Source: Convolutriloba macropyga
Taxonomy: Eukaryota
Length of the DNA stretch: 64,000 nucleotides
Direction: 5' to 3'
NCBI RefSeq assembly: GCF_964194025.1
Contig: NC_134480.1
Location: 21,142,001 to 21,206,000 of the forward strand
Position 1 is the stretch's first letter; the number at the start of each line of letters is the position of its first letter. This document shows, in pieces, positions 50,561 through 64,000 of the stretch. Below the pieces are notes generated by a model. It did not search any database, was not told the DNA's origin, and saw only the letters and a list, made by a program, of their open reading frames with translations. Made by a program: the position numbers and the translations under genes.

Positions 50561-53500
50561 ATGGGTATGAAATACACATTGTCAAATGTGCTACTAATTG
50601 AGGCAAATATACAAAAACTTTGAAGAATCTTTACGCCATTAGTTCACGCCAAAAATTATTAAAATGTTTTTAAAATAATGATCCAACTGGGCTCTTGCGC
50701 ATAATCTTTGAGTCGTTATATGCCGTTCTTGTTTTTGGTGCTTCTTTGAAACCATGTTCTTGTTTTGATGTACCTTCGATGTACTATTATGCTTTCAGCT
50801 CCTATTTATTCAGAACTAAGCGTTTGCTATGTTGCTTCTTTGAGTTTACAAAATTTGATGATGAATAGAATTAATCATTGGGTTTCTGATCAGATAGACC
50901 CCACTTGTAGGCGGAGGAACTATATGTGCATAGAAAGGAACTATTTGCAGGAACTTTTTGTGCAGTCGAGTTTATGCGATCATTTTTCAGGAAATAACTA
51001 AGTAGCGAAGCTCGTAGATCGTGAAATATTTAAATTCCAAATTTTCTGACTTTCCAGTTATCTAGGTTGTTTTGACAAATTGTGGAATCACAAATCTTAT
51101 TGCAAGCCTCACAGCAATGATTGACTGACTCTTTACAACACTTGTAATTCTATAATAGAGGCGCCACTATTCGTGTTTTTTATTTTTGCTATTCGAAACG
51201 GCAAAATGAGTGCTTTGAAAATTAAAATTAAATCTATCTAATTAATTGATTGTAGGCTCGGAAATTATAACTTAGGAGATTTTCAAAGAAGTACCAAATT
51301 TATTCTGACTGTGAATTGCATCCAACAAACAACAAAACAACTTTGAGTTTAAATTAAAGAACGAATAATTGCGCATAAACCAAATATGATAACAACTGTT
51401 TAATAACTAAATAATCAAAGAGGAAACTTTTTTGTTAAAACTCAGAATCAACTTTTTGAAATCAAATCGATTGACAGTATATACGGCTCTATTTGAACTT
51501 TTTTAGTTTCTTGGGCATAGTTTGTATTATTCCGAGTTGGTGATATCGAGTACGTTAATTTACCGTTTGTTAATCGCTGTAATTTGTTAAGCTTATCTTA
51601 AATTGATGGTATCCAGGTATCTTTTTCTCTGTTACTGTCAAAATGATGCTCTAGAAGTATCAAGTTCTAAGTCTTTTTTTGAAAAATGCTTGGTTTGTTG
51701 CATATCTAAAAGAGTTGTTCGACTATATCGAAGAGTTCTGCTGAATTCTAAACAATTTCTTCGCAAATTTTATTGCGTTTTGAAATGTTAGAGATCCCTA
51801 TTGAGTTCGTTTGCTCCAAATTTGCCTTTCTGTCTATAGGGAATGAGCGTTGTATATTTCCAAACTTCTTGCGAGCTCTGGCAAGTGTTGCTATGATAAG
51901 TCTCAAAAGGTGGCAAACTATATTCTTGTTAATAACTAAATTTTGCGAAATTGAGATTCAACAATAGGTTTGTTTGTAGGGTTGTTTGTTTGTAATTGCG
52001 GATAGATGTATCAATGTCATGCTGTTTATTGATGGTGCAAACAATAACTGAGTAGCGTTTTTGTTCCTTTTATATAAATTGTCTCCAAAAAATGAAAGTC
52101 AAAGCAGTTTTGAGATACATTTTCTGAAATGAATTTTTCGGCTGTAGTTTTTACCTAGATAAACACAACGCTTACACCTCCAGATATCTGCAAAAAAATT
52201 CATATACAGCTACTTGTTTTCGCTATTCATGTTGCATAATAGTTTTCGCGTGCTTTTGACTCATTGTCTTCCTGATTTTTCTCAGGAGTTTTTCTTGTTT
52301 TTCGAATTTTGTTTTGAGCTTTAGGCGAGTTTTTATTTTTAATTGTTCATTTTTTTGTTGTATTAGGTCATACAAGATCAATGCCCTTTCAAATAATCTT
52401 ATTGCGATTTTTTTTTCTAATCATTGATAAGCAGCGAGTTTTTCGCGGTTTTGTGCAATCACGTTTCAACCAATTTTGTAATTTGAGTTGTTGCATGTCC
52501 TGTTATGATATACTTTTATTAGTTGCATTGTTTCCAGCTCGTAATTTTCTGTTTTAAATACCGTCTAATTGTGTTCGATGCCAGTATTATTTTCTTGCGG
52601 AGGGCAAGGACTTTGAATATTTTTTTAAGATATTATTTTACTGATTAAAAACCGTGCTTTCGCCTGTTTTTAAGTCTTTATCGGCGTACATGGTTCGTGT
52701 CAATGGTTTGTTCTGCTTGTTCGTGTAAATTGCCGTGATCATTTCAAGGAAATTTCTATTGGTTATAAATTTCTGTTGTTTATAAATGGTATGAAATACA
52801 CATTATCAAATGTGCTACTAATTGAAGCAAATCTACAAAATCAAAAACTATGAAGAATCTTTCTCCCATTAGTTCACGCCAAAAATTATTAAAACATTAA
52901 AATTTGATCCAACTAGGCTCTTGCGCAAAATCTTTGAGTCGTTATATGCAAATCTTTTTTTTTGTGCTTCTTTGAAACCATGTTCTTGTTTTGATGTACA
53001 TTCGATATACTATTATGCTTTCAGCTCCTATTTATTCAGAACTAAGCATTTGCTATGTTGTTTCTTTGAGTTTACAAAATTTGATGAATAGAATTAATCA
53101 TTGGGTTTCTGATCAGATAGACCCCACTTGTAGGCAGAGGAACTATATGTGCATAGAAAGGAACTATTTGTAGGAACTTTTTGTGCAGTCGAGTTTATGC
53201 GATCATTTTTCAGGAAATAACTAAGTAGCGAAGCTCGTAGATGCTGAAATTTTTAAATTCCAAAATTTCTGACTTTCCAGTTATCTAGGTTGTTTTGACA
53301 AATTGTGGAATCACAAATCTTATTGCAAGCCTCACTGCAATGATTGACTGACTCTATACAACACTTGTAATTCTATAATAGAGGCGCTAGTATTCGTGTT
53401 TTTTGTTTTTGCTATTCGAAACGGCAAAATCAGTGCTTTCAAAATTAAAGTTCAATCTACCTAATTAATTGTTTGTAGGCGCGAAAATTATAACTTAGGA

Positions 53501-56500
53501 GATTTTCAAAGAAGTACCATATTTATTCTGACTGTGAATGGCATCCAACAAACAACAAAACAACTTCAAGTTTAATTTAAGAACGAATAATTGCGCGTAA
53601 ACCAAATATGATAACAACCGTTTAATAACTAAATAGTCAAAGTGGTAATGATTTGCTGATTTTGGACAAAATGAATCTTCTTACCGGAACGAAAAAACTA
53701 GAAAGTTTACCAAACTGAATTGGGGACAAAATATTTTAAGTATTAAATGACCTCCATAAAAATTAACCGAAAAAGGCATTTTTCACCATAGGAAACTTCT
53801 TTGTTAAAACTCAGAATCAACTTTTTGAAACCAAATCGATTGACAGTATATACGGCTCGATTTGAACTTTTTTAGTTTCTTGGGCATAGTTTGTATTTTT
53901 CCGAGTTGGTGATATCGAGTAAGTTAATTTACCGTTTGTTAATAGCTGTAATTTGTTAAGCTTATCTTAAATTTTTGGAATCCAGGTATCTTTTTCTCTG
54001 TTACTGTCAAAATGATGCTCTAGAAGTATCAAGTTATGTCTTTTTGTTGAAAAATGCCTGGTTTGTTGCATATCTAAGAGAGTTGTTCGACTATATCGAA
54101 GAGTTCTGCTAAACAATTTCTTCGCAAACTTTATTGCGTTTTGAAATGTTAGAGATCCCTATTGAGTTCGTTTGCTCCAAATTTGCCTTTCTGTCTATAG
54201 GGAATGAGCGTTGTATATTTCCAAACTTCTTGCGAGCTCTGGCAAGTGTTGCTATGATAAGTCTCAAAAGGTGGCAAACTATAATCTTATTAATAACTAA
54301 ATTTTGCGAAATTGAGATTCAACAATAGGTTTTGTTTGCAGGGTTGTTTGTTTGTAATTGCGGATAGATGTATCAATGTCATGCTGTTTATTGATGGTGC
54401 AAACAATAACTGAGTAGCGTTTTTGTTCCTTTTATATAAATTGTCTCCAAAAAATGAAAGTCGAAGCAGTTTTGAGATACATTTTCTGAAATGAATTTTT
54501 CGGCTGTAGTTTTTACCTAGATAAACACAACGCTTACACCTCCAGATATCTGCAAAAAATTCATATACAGCTACTTATTTTCGCTATTCATGTTGCATAA
54601 TAGTTTTCGCGAGCTTTTGACTCATTGTCTTCCTGATTTTTCTCAGGAGTTTTTCTTGTTTTTCGAATTTTGTTTTGAGGTTTAGGCGAGTTTTATTTTT
54701 TAATTGTCCATTTTTTGGTTGTATTGGGTCAAACAAGATCAATGGACTTTCAAATAATCTTTTTGCGTTTTTTTTCTAATCATTGATAAGCAGCGAGTTT
54801 TTCGCGGTTTTGTGCAATCACGTTTTAACTAATTTTGTAATTTGAGTTGTTGCATCCTGTCCTGATATACTTTTATTAGTTGCATTGTTCCCAGCTTCCA
54901 GCACGTAATTTTCTGTTTTAAATACCGTGTAGTTGTATTCGATGCCAGTATTATTTTCTTGCGGAGGGTGAGGACTTTGAATATTTTTTGGGGATATTAT
55001 TTTTTTAATTAAAAACGTGCTTTCGCCTGTTTTTAAGTCTTTATCGGCGTACATGGTTCGCGTCAATGGTTTGTTCTGCTTGTTCGTGTAAATTGCCGTG
55101 ATCATTTCAAGGAAATTTTTATTGTTTATCGTCCCGAGCCACCTTAGAGGGTGAGGGAGGGAGGAGGAACTCTATGATCAACTATTTAAGGTCAGTCATG
55201 GCAAATCAGTATACTCATCGTGGAGACTTATGTCATATCACTGAAAGCCCGTCCATCGTAGCAAATACAATTGGAAAGACATTTTTGGATTTAATTTTTG
55301 TCTTCAGGTAGCTATGGAGGTTTCAAATTTTGAAGATTTCCACGTTTTCTGTTTTGCTCCAATTGTGCCAAAATATGATGAAATTGAAGTTGTTTTACCA
55401 TTAAAAATTCCAATTTTTCATCAAAACTGGTACCAATATGCCTCTTTATATGCCAATAGGCCCACTTTATTTATATGTTCCTGAAGTACAGTCCTAGAAA
55501 CTGCTTTGACAAAAATTGCAAACTCCTAGGACTGCCAATTATGTTTCACCTTTCTATAAGAGAGTTCGATTTTTTGCAGGTTTTCTAATTAAACTAAGAT
55601 TATCCTACATGAATAATTTGTTGGTTTTATACAGGTTTTCTTTTGCCAAGTTCTCAATTTCGCTAACCTTTGTAGTAATTACGTGCTTTTTTTATTGACA
55701 CGTAGATATAGGAAAGATTGTTTTTGTCTCTTTATGCATTTTCATATACAGTCGAAGTTGAATTTCGGCGCTTTCCTCTTTGGCATTTTTCGTTTCTTTT
55801 TTTTATTTACAGAACGAAATGATTTCAAATTAGGTTTTATTAACGCCTGATCCTTTTTATAAGCAAATGAACATTTTGAGCAAATGCTCAAGTATTCATA
55901 AAGACAGGTCGCATACTCTTTTTAAGTGAACTAAAATTAAGTGCTTAAAAGGGCTTTGTATTTTTTAGCAACTGGTTTTACTGCTTCGTTTGCTCCAGAT
56001 TTGTTTTTGTCTATAGCGAATGTGTGTTGTATTTTTCAAGTTCCTTGCGAGCTCTGGCAAGTGTTGCTATAATAAATCTCAAAAGGTGGCAAACTATATT
56101 CTGATTAATAACTAAATTTTGCGAAATTGAGATGCGACTATAGGTTAATGGAGTTGATTGTTGGTAATTGCGCATAGATGTATCAATGTCATGCTGTTTA
56201 TTGGTGGTGCAAACAGTAACTGAGTAGAGTTTTTGTTCCTTTTATTTGAATTGTTTCCAAAAATTGAAAGCTGTCACAGCAATTTTGAGATACAATTTCT
56301 AAAATAATTTTTTCGGCTGTTTTTTTCACCTAGAGTTGCCTTGGAAACACAACACTTACACCTCCAGATATCTGGATAAAAGTTATATACAGCAACTTGT
56401 TTTCGCTATTCATGTTGCCTAATAGTTTTCGCGAGCCTTTGACACATTGTCTTCTTGATTTTTCTCGTGAGTTTATCTTGTTTTTCGAATGTTTTGAGCT

Positions 56501-59500
56501 TTAGGCGAGTTTTTTTTCAATATCTTTTTTTGGTTTTATAGGGTTGAACAAGATCAACGGACTTTCAAATAATCTTATTGCGATTTTTTTTGTTCTAATC
56601 ATCGTTAAGCATTGATATTTTCGCGGTTTTGTGCAATCACGTTTTAACCATTTTTGTAATTTGAGTTGCTGCATCCTTTCCTAATTTACGTTTTTATGGT
56701 GCATTGTTTCCGGCATACAGCAAGCAATTTTTTTGTTAAATACTCTAATTTTATTTGATGCCAGTAGTAATGCCTTACGGAGGGCGAGGACTTTGCATAA
56801 TTGCTGTTATTTTGGGATATCATTTTACTGATTAAAAACCTTGCCTTCGGCTGTTTTTAAGTCTTTATGGGCGTACATGGTTCTTATCAATGGGTTGTTC
56901 TGCTTGTTCCTGGAAGTTGCCATGATTTCTGTTTTTTGTTCCGACACACCTTAGAGGGTGGGGGAGGGAACAGGAACTCTGTGGTCAACTTAGTTTTGGT
57001 CAGTCAATTATGGCAAATCAATATATACATCGTGGAGATTTAAGTGGTATCATTGAAAGCCCGTCCATCATATCAAATACAATTTGAAAGACGTATTTGA
57101 ATTTAGTTTCTTTTTCCGGCAGCTATGGAGGTTTCAAATTTCGAAACGATTTTACTGATTTCTGTTTTGTTCCAATTGTGCCAAAATATGATGATATTGA
57201 AATTGTTTTACCATTGAAATTTCCAGTTTTTCACCAAAACTGCTACCAATATGCCTCTTTTTATGCCAATAGGCCCACTTTATTTACGTGTTCCGGAAGT
57301 ACTGTCCCAGAAACCACTTGAACAGTAGTTGCAAACTCCTGGGACTGCCAATTTTGCTTCATCTTCCAATGAGAGAGTGCGATTTTGTGCGGTTTTATTC
57401 TAATTAAACTATAATATTCCTTAGTAATTTGTTTGTTTTATTCAATTTTTTTGTCAAGTTCTCAATTTCGCTAACCTTTAGTTTTTACGTGGTTTTTATT
57501 GACACGTAGGAACAGGAAAGATTGTTTTGGTCTCTTTTTGGATTTTTAATTACTGTCGAAGTTGAATTTCGGCGCTTTCTTCTTTGGCATTTTTCGTTTC
57601 TTTTTGTTAAAGAACGAAATGATTTCAAATTGGGGTTTAATTAACGACTGATGCTGTTTATAAGCAAATGAACATTTGGAGCAAATGCTCAAGTATTCAT
57701 ATAGACAGGTCGCATACTCTTTTTAAATGAACTAAAATTAAGTGCTTTAAAGGGCTTTGTCTTTTTAGCTACTGGTTTTTTTTGCTTCGTTTGCTCCGTA
57801 TTTTGTTTTCTGTCTATGGAAATGTGTGTTGTATATTTCCAAACTTCTTGCGAGCTCTTGATGTGTTGCTGTGATAAGTGTCAGAAGGTGGCAAACTATA
57901 TTTTTTATTAATATGCAATTTTAATAATAACTAAATTTTGCGAAATTGAGATGCGACAATACGTTAATGGAGTTGATTGTTTGTAATTGCGCATAGATGT
58001 GTCAATGTCATGCTGTTTATTGGTGGTGCAAACAATAACTGAGTAGCGTTTTTGTTCCTTTTATTCAAATTGTCGTCTCCAAAAAATGAAAGTCAAAGCA
58101 ATTTTGAGATATATTTGGCCCACTTTGTTTTTGTGTTCCGGAAGTACAGTCTTATAATTCGCTTTAACAATATTTGCAAACTCCTAGGACTGCCAATTTT
58201 GCTTCACCTTTCTATGAGAGAGTTCGATTTTTCGCAGGTTTTTTTCTAACTAAACTATAATTATCCTAAATGAATAATTTATTTATTTTATACAGGTTTT
58301 TTTGCCAAGTTCTCAGTTTCGCTGACCTTTGGAGTAATTACGTGGTTTTTATTGACACGTAGGAATAGGCAAGATTGACACGTGTGAATAGGCAAGAATG
58401 ATTTCAAATTATGGTTCATTTAACGACTGATCCCGCTTATAAGCAAGTGAACATTTTGTGCAAATGCTCAAGTATTCATAAAGACAGGTCGCATACTCTT
58501 TTTAAGTGAACTAAAATTAAGTGCTTAAAAGGGCTTTGTGTTTTTTAGCAACTGGTTTTATTGCTTCGTTTGCTCCAGATTTGCTTTTGTGTCTATAGAG
58601 AATGTGTGTTGTATATTTCCAAATTTCTTGCGAGCTCTGGAAAAGGTTGCTATGAAAGTCTCAAAAGATTGCAAACTATATTCTTCTTAATAACTAAATT
58701 TTGCGAAATTGAGATGCGACAATAGGTTAATGGAGTTGATTGTTGGTAATTGCGCATAGATGGATCAATGTCATGCTGTTTATTGGTGGTGCAAACAATA
58801 ACTGAGTAGCGTTTTTGTTCCTTTTATTTGAAATTTTTCCAAAAAATGAAAGCTGTCACAGCAATTGAGATACATTTTGTAAATTGATTTTTTCGGCTGT
58901 TTTTTCTTACCTAGAGTTGTCTTTGAAACACAACACTTACACCACCAGATATCTGGATAAAAGTTATATACAGCAACGTGTTTTCGCTATTCATGTTGCA
59001 CAATAGTTTTCGCGAGACTTTGACACAATCTTCTTGATTTTTCTCGTGAGTTTATCTTGTTTTTCGAATGTTTTGAGCTTTAGGCGAGTTTTTTTTTCAA
59101 TATCTTTTTTTTTGGTTTTATAGGGTTGAACAAGATCAACGGACTTTCAAATAATCTTATTGCGATTTTTTTGTTCTAATCATTGTTAAGCAGCGATATT
59201 TTTGCGGTTTTGTGCAATCGCTTCTTAACCAATTTTGTAATTTGAGTTGCTGCATCCTTTCCTAATTTACGTTTATAAGGTGCATTGTTTCCGGCATACA
59301 GCACGCAATTTTTTGTTTTAAATGCTGTCTAATTATATTTGATGCCAGTATTAATCCCTTACGGAGGGCGAGGACTTTGAATAATTGGTATTTTTTGGGA
59401 TATCATTTTACTGATTAAAAACCGTGCTTTCGGCTGTTTTTAAGTCTTTATTGGCTTGCATGGTTCGCGTCAATGGTTTGCTCTGCTTGTTCCTGGAAGT

Positions 59501-60380
59501 TGCCGTGATTTCTATTTATTGTTACGACCCACCTTAGAGGGGGTGAGGAAGGGAAGAGGAACTCTTATGATCAACTTTTTTTGGTCAGTCAATTATGGCA
59601 AATCAATATATACATCGTGGAGACTTAAGTGGTATCTTTGAAAGCACGTCCATCATATCAAATACAATTGGAAAGACGTATTTGAATTTATGTTTTTTCA
59701 GGGAGCTCTGGAGGTTTAAGATTTTGAAAAGATTTTACTGATTTCTGTTGTTTTGTTCCAATTGTGCCAAAATATGATGAAATTGAAATTGCTTTACCAT
59801 TAAAAATTCCACAGTTTTTCATCCGAACTGGTACCAATATGCCTCTTTATATGCCAATGTTTATAAGGCCCACTTTGTTTATGTATTCCTGGAGTACAGT
59901 CCTAGAAAGCGCTTTAACAAAAATTGCAAACTCCTAGGACTGCCAATTTTGCTTCACTTTTCTATGAGAGATTTCAATTTTTGCAGGTTTTTTAATTAAA
60001 CGATGATTATCCTAAATGAATAATTTGTTTGTTTTACTCAGGTTTTTTTTGCCAATTTCTCAATTTCGCTAACCTTTGGAGTAATTACATGTTTTTTATT
60101 GACACATAGGAATAGGAAAGATTGTTTTTGTCTCTTTATGTATTTTCATTTACAGTCGAAGTTGAATTTCGGCGCTTTTCTCTTTGGCTTTTGTCTTTTT
60201 TTAAAATTTACAGAACGTAATGATTGCAAATTAAGGTTCATTTAACGACTGATCCTGTTTATAAGCAAATGAACATTTTGGGCAAATGCTCAAGTATCAA
60301 TAAAGACAGGTCGCATATTAGTGAACTAGAATTAGGTGCTTAAAAGGGCTTTGTATTTTTTAGCTAATGGTTTTATTGCT
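50561..60380. repeat. Complex tandem array, block order A-B-A-B-C-B-C-b-c-B-C
   Basis: AB units 50561-52784 and 52785-55130; B recurs at about 55983, 57783 (partial) and 58563; C at about 55135, 56945, 58115 (partial) and 59525; duplicated ORF-track peptides confirm the repeats. Confidence 0.9.
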
Positions 60381-63300
60381 TTGACACGGCAGTTTTTCAT
60401 ATCAAATTTCTGTCTGGTATTTGGACTTTGTGGCGTTAATTTTGTTTGTCATCCTGTCAGATTATCACAAATATGACAGATCAAAGCGTCTTTAAAAAAT
60501 TTATCAATTTAACATATATAATGGTTCCTTGAATAATTCATGGTTTTAACGGCTTTGACACCGTTTTCTCCCTAAGTTTTGTTTTTTGCCTGTAATCGTT
60601 CTTTGTGTCAACGTATGTCCTAATCTGTAAAATGACAGTTCTCAATGGCTGCCTATGGTGGTGTACAGTAATCTATGCAAAAGTTTTATTTTCTAGGTGA
60701 TGGTTTTAAAGACTTTGAAATTGTTTAAAATTTATATTGTTTTTGAAAATGCCTTTTTTTCTGTCAACTTTTATTTCGGTCTGAATAATGAAAGGTTGCG
60801 TCAACTGTTTTTTCAATCGTTCATTGATCTGTCGGTCGTTTTTAGTGATTTTTTTTGGTGTGGACGCTATGTTTCTTCATAGAATCTTATTTTTGATACT
60901 TGCCAATTTCTGTTTAGTTTTGCCTTTTTAAAAGCGGGCCCAGTGATGTTCAAATGAGTCGCAAGTAACAGATTTTTATAATTAATTTGAGTTTTGAATC
61001 TATCATGTAATCTTTCCTGTTAATATCTTATAGTGGTGAAATAGCGGAATTACTGCCAATTTATAGCTTAGCCTTTGTAAACACACGTTGGAAGTTGTTT
61101 ACAATGAACAGAAATTGAAACTCTTAACTTTTTAAAAACGAATTGGTCCTCGGTCCTAGGAATGAACAACTGGGTATATTTAAGGCTCTTAGTGATTAGC
61201 TGATGGTTTCAACGGCTGCTACAGTTTTCTTTCAAAATTAAATTTAATTTTTCCTTTTTGTTCGTTTTTGTTGTTGTTTGACATATTTTTGGACTTATTC
61301 TCACTAATGACAGGTCCAATTGTGATCAGCTTGTGATGACTTTGGAGAAAATTGTTTTCAAAAAATGACTGGATTTTGTAGCGTTGCAGCTGCTTTTCTT
61401 TGTTCTGCGAACTTAGCTTAGCCTCGGTGAAGAAAAAGCGTCTCTTTCATAAGAATTTTGAATTAGTCTATAGGGTTTTATGTTCTAGCTAAGTGTTTTA
61501 TGTCTCTGGTACTACGATTTTTGTGACAATTTTGTTATTCTTGGATTTTTGCCTATTTTTGAATTTTTTTCGTCATATTGTCACATGTCTTGTTCCATTG
61601 ACATCGGAAGAGGGCGTAATTGAACATCATTTTTCTGATGTTAGTGCATTGTTTGTTTTAAGTGTCTTTGACACCGTTTTCCTGCAAAATTGTGTTGATA
61701 TTCAAAAATTTTTGCTTGTCTTTATCGTTCTTTATGTAGTCATATGTCATCCTCGATGGTGATAAGTCTCAATGGCTAAATAAACCTATAATATGATTCC
61801 AGTCGATAGCTGATGGTTCTAAGAACTTTGATTTTTTAAAATAAAATTATAAACGTATTTTTGAACTTTGCGCCTTTTTTGTCGACTTGATATCTATTCT
61901 TAATAAGAACACGTCACATAGCTTTTACTTGTTTATATATTGCTTTGTCAATCATCGTTTTTTATTAAAGGACGTCGAGTTTTGATTTTAATGTTTTTGT
62001 TATTTGGTTTTTTTCCTAATGGCTCACTCGTAGTGCTTCGACTTTTTCTACTAATGCACCTTTTATTTTTAAACAGCATGCGATCTCTTGAAAGATTTCT
62101 ATCTTTTCCTCGTTTGGTAGACAATTGCCGAGTCTCCCTATGTAAATTTTTTATGAATTATGTCTTGAGGAAGATTATCGGTTTTTTTTCGGGTTTTGAC
62201 GACGAGTATTTGCTATCTTATGGTTTTTTGACCGGAAGTGCTATTTGTTCAGGTAGCCTCTTGGTTCTAAAAGTGAAATCGAATAAAATTGCAGTGTGAA
62301 GTATTTTTCTTTCTGAGCGAGAGAAGATTTTGTTCACCGCTGCTTTGAGTGAATGGCACTGCGCCAATGTGTAACCCTCTGGGATTAATATTAGTGTTTT
62401 TGGATGCGCAGTAGGGAGTTTGAAGAGCAAATTTGGGTCATACTTCTCAATTTTCAATTAAGCGTTCGCATTTTTTGCAATAGTCTTTTTTGGATATTTG
62501 AGTAATCTTTTTTCGTAGTCAGTGCATATGGCGACATCCCTTTGATAATTCATGCCTTTAATTCCACGGATTTTGTGACGCGGTGTTTTATAAAAGTTTA
62601 CACACTAATTCAATTTTGGTTTGAATTAAAGGTTTATGTGCACCTGGAGGTATTTTGGTTTCGTGGTATTGATAATTCAGTTATTTCTGGGATTAAGTGT
62701 TTGAAAATGTAGAAGTTCTTTCATTTTTCCGATTGTAACAATATTTTGTCATTGAGCAAAATTTTTCAATTTCAATCATTGATTTCTGTTTTCACTGTTT
62801 CATTTCTACAAGAGGATGACAATGTTTTATTTGCTCAACCTCCACTGCTAAATAATGAAATGTATTTTCCTACTTAACATTTTCCAATTTGGTTTTAAAT
62901 TTTCAAAATTATTTTGAGAATTTAAGAGTTGTTTCTCAGATTTTTGTGCCTAATGCTTTCACTGTTTGGTTTGCAGATTTCTGTTTTAAGACAGATCATT
63001 TCATTTTTATTTGTCCCGACAGCTTTTTGAGTTGAAGTTTTGCCCTTCTTCAAAATTTTGGGCTTATTTTCAACGTTATCAGATGTGTTTCTAATAAAAC
63101 AAAGTTTTGCTCTTTCTTGATCTCACATGACTTCTCTTTGTCAACATTTTCAGTTACGACTTTAATCTGTTTACGGCTTCCCAGTACGTAATTGTTTCAA
63201 TGTTTGCTGTCTCCACTGTTGTCAATGCTTTTAAGACTGTTCTTTAGCCGTTTGCAAATTTTTAAGTTAACTCTTGTAAAGTGAAGAATAAAAGCTTCCA

Positions 63301-64000
63301 GACAAAATATTGTTTGGGCAGCAATTTTATTTGGAAGCCAAATACCGTATTTTTTTAAAAACCGGAAGTACTGTCTTAATGCTGCGTTTTGACCTAAAAG
63401 TGAATGAGTAAGATGGCCGGGTGAACTATTTATGCTGAGCGAGAGAAGTTTTTCGTTCTTGAATGACTTTTGTACTGTACGAAGTTTTCTATAGACTGGC
63501 GCGTATCTTTAACTGTTCTTGCCGTTTTTTCGTACATTTGGCTCAATTGTTTTGGTAAGCCCCCTGTAGAAAAGTTTGATCGAAGCTGCATTCTTATGTA
63601 CTTTCTCAAACTGGAAATTGATAGTAGCGTTTTTTGTATCTACATTATGCCCTCTTAATAAATGAGGCGTTGAGTTTCAGTTTTTGGCGTGAGCTGTTGT
63701 GTTTTAGAAGTTTGTACGTATACAAAATGATTGCGACGGTTTTGTGTCATATTTTCTTAAATTTTTTGTCAATTTTGGTTTATTACAATAAACCGCTCTG
63801 TGTTGCGTTGAAAATTTAGCTTTGGTATTTGTAAGGCAATTTTTTGACCGCATTTTCGTAAAATTTATGAAAAATTTGTTCACATAATTTCCATTTTAAT
63901 AATGTTTTGACATTTTTGGAGAATTTTTGTATCAAATCTTTGAATTGTTTCCACTCATTTGTTTCGATTGCAATAGCTTAAAAACAGCTGAAGCTAAAGG

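Noticed and set aside
62218-62457. PEGYTLAQC resembling a TARG1-type macrodomain start
   Set aside because: Downstream macrodomain motifs are not recoverable, and the frame conserved among the related repeats is a different one.

Overview
AT-rich, repeat-dense animal (invertebrate-type) nuclear DNA, not prokaryotic. From left to right: (1) 2.2-11.2 kb, a multi-exon Cys-loop (nicotinic acetylcholine receptor-like) channel gene on +. Its four transmembrane-domain exons splice in frame (one TGA at the start of the M1 exon), its ligand-binding exons are decayed or missing, and its introns hold MITE-like, LINE and piggyBac relics. (2) 15-23 kb, local duplications and minisatellites. (3) 24.7-31.5 kb, an old BEL/Pao relic with a tandemly triplicated pol segment. 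(4) 31.9-49.3 kb, a retroelement nest: a CR1-type LINE (-), a BEL integrase relic, a decayed CRE-clade (RLE) non-LTR element that appears to carry an SGNH-esterase ORF1 and an N-terminal PHD finger, a Penelope GIY-YIG 3' fragment with a hammerhead ribozyme, a young full-length BEL/Pao LTR retrotransposon (790-bp LTRs, GATGC TSD, tRNA-Tyr-type PBS, disrupted gag-pol), and another BEL 3' relic. (5) 49.6-50.6 kb, an intact intronless ALYREF/THOC4-like RRM ORF. (6) 50.6-60.4 kb, a complex tandem array, followed by decayed minus-strand coding-like sequence to 64 kb. All calls come from manual translation and motif recognition; no database searches were run, and relic boundaries are approximate.
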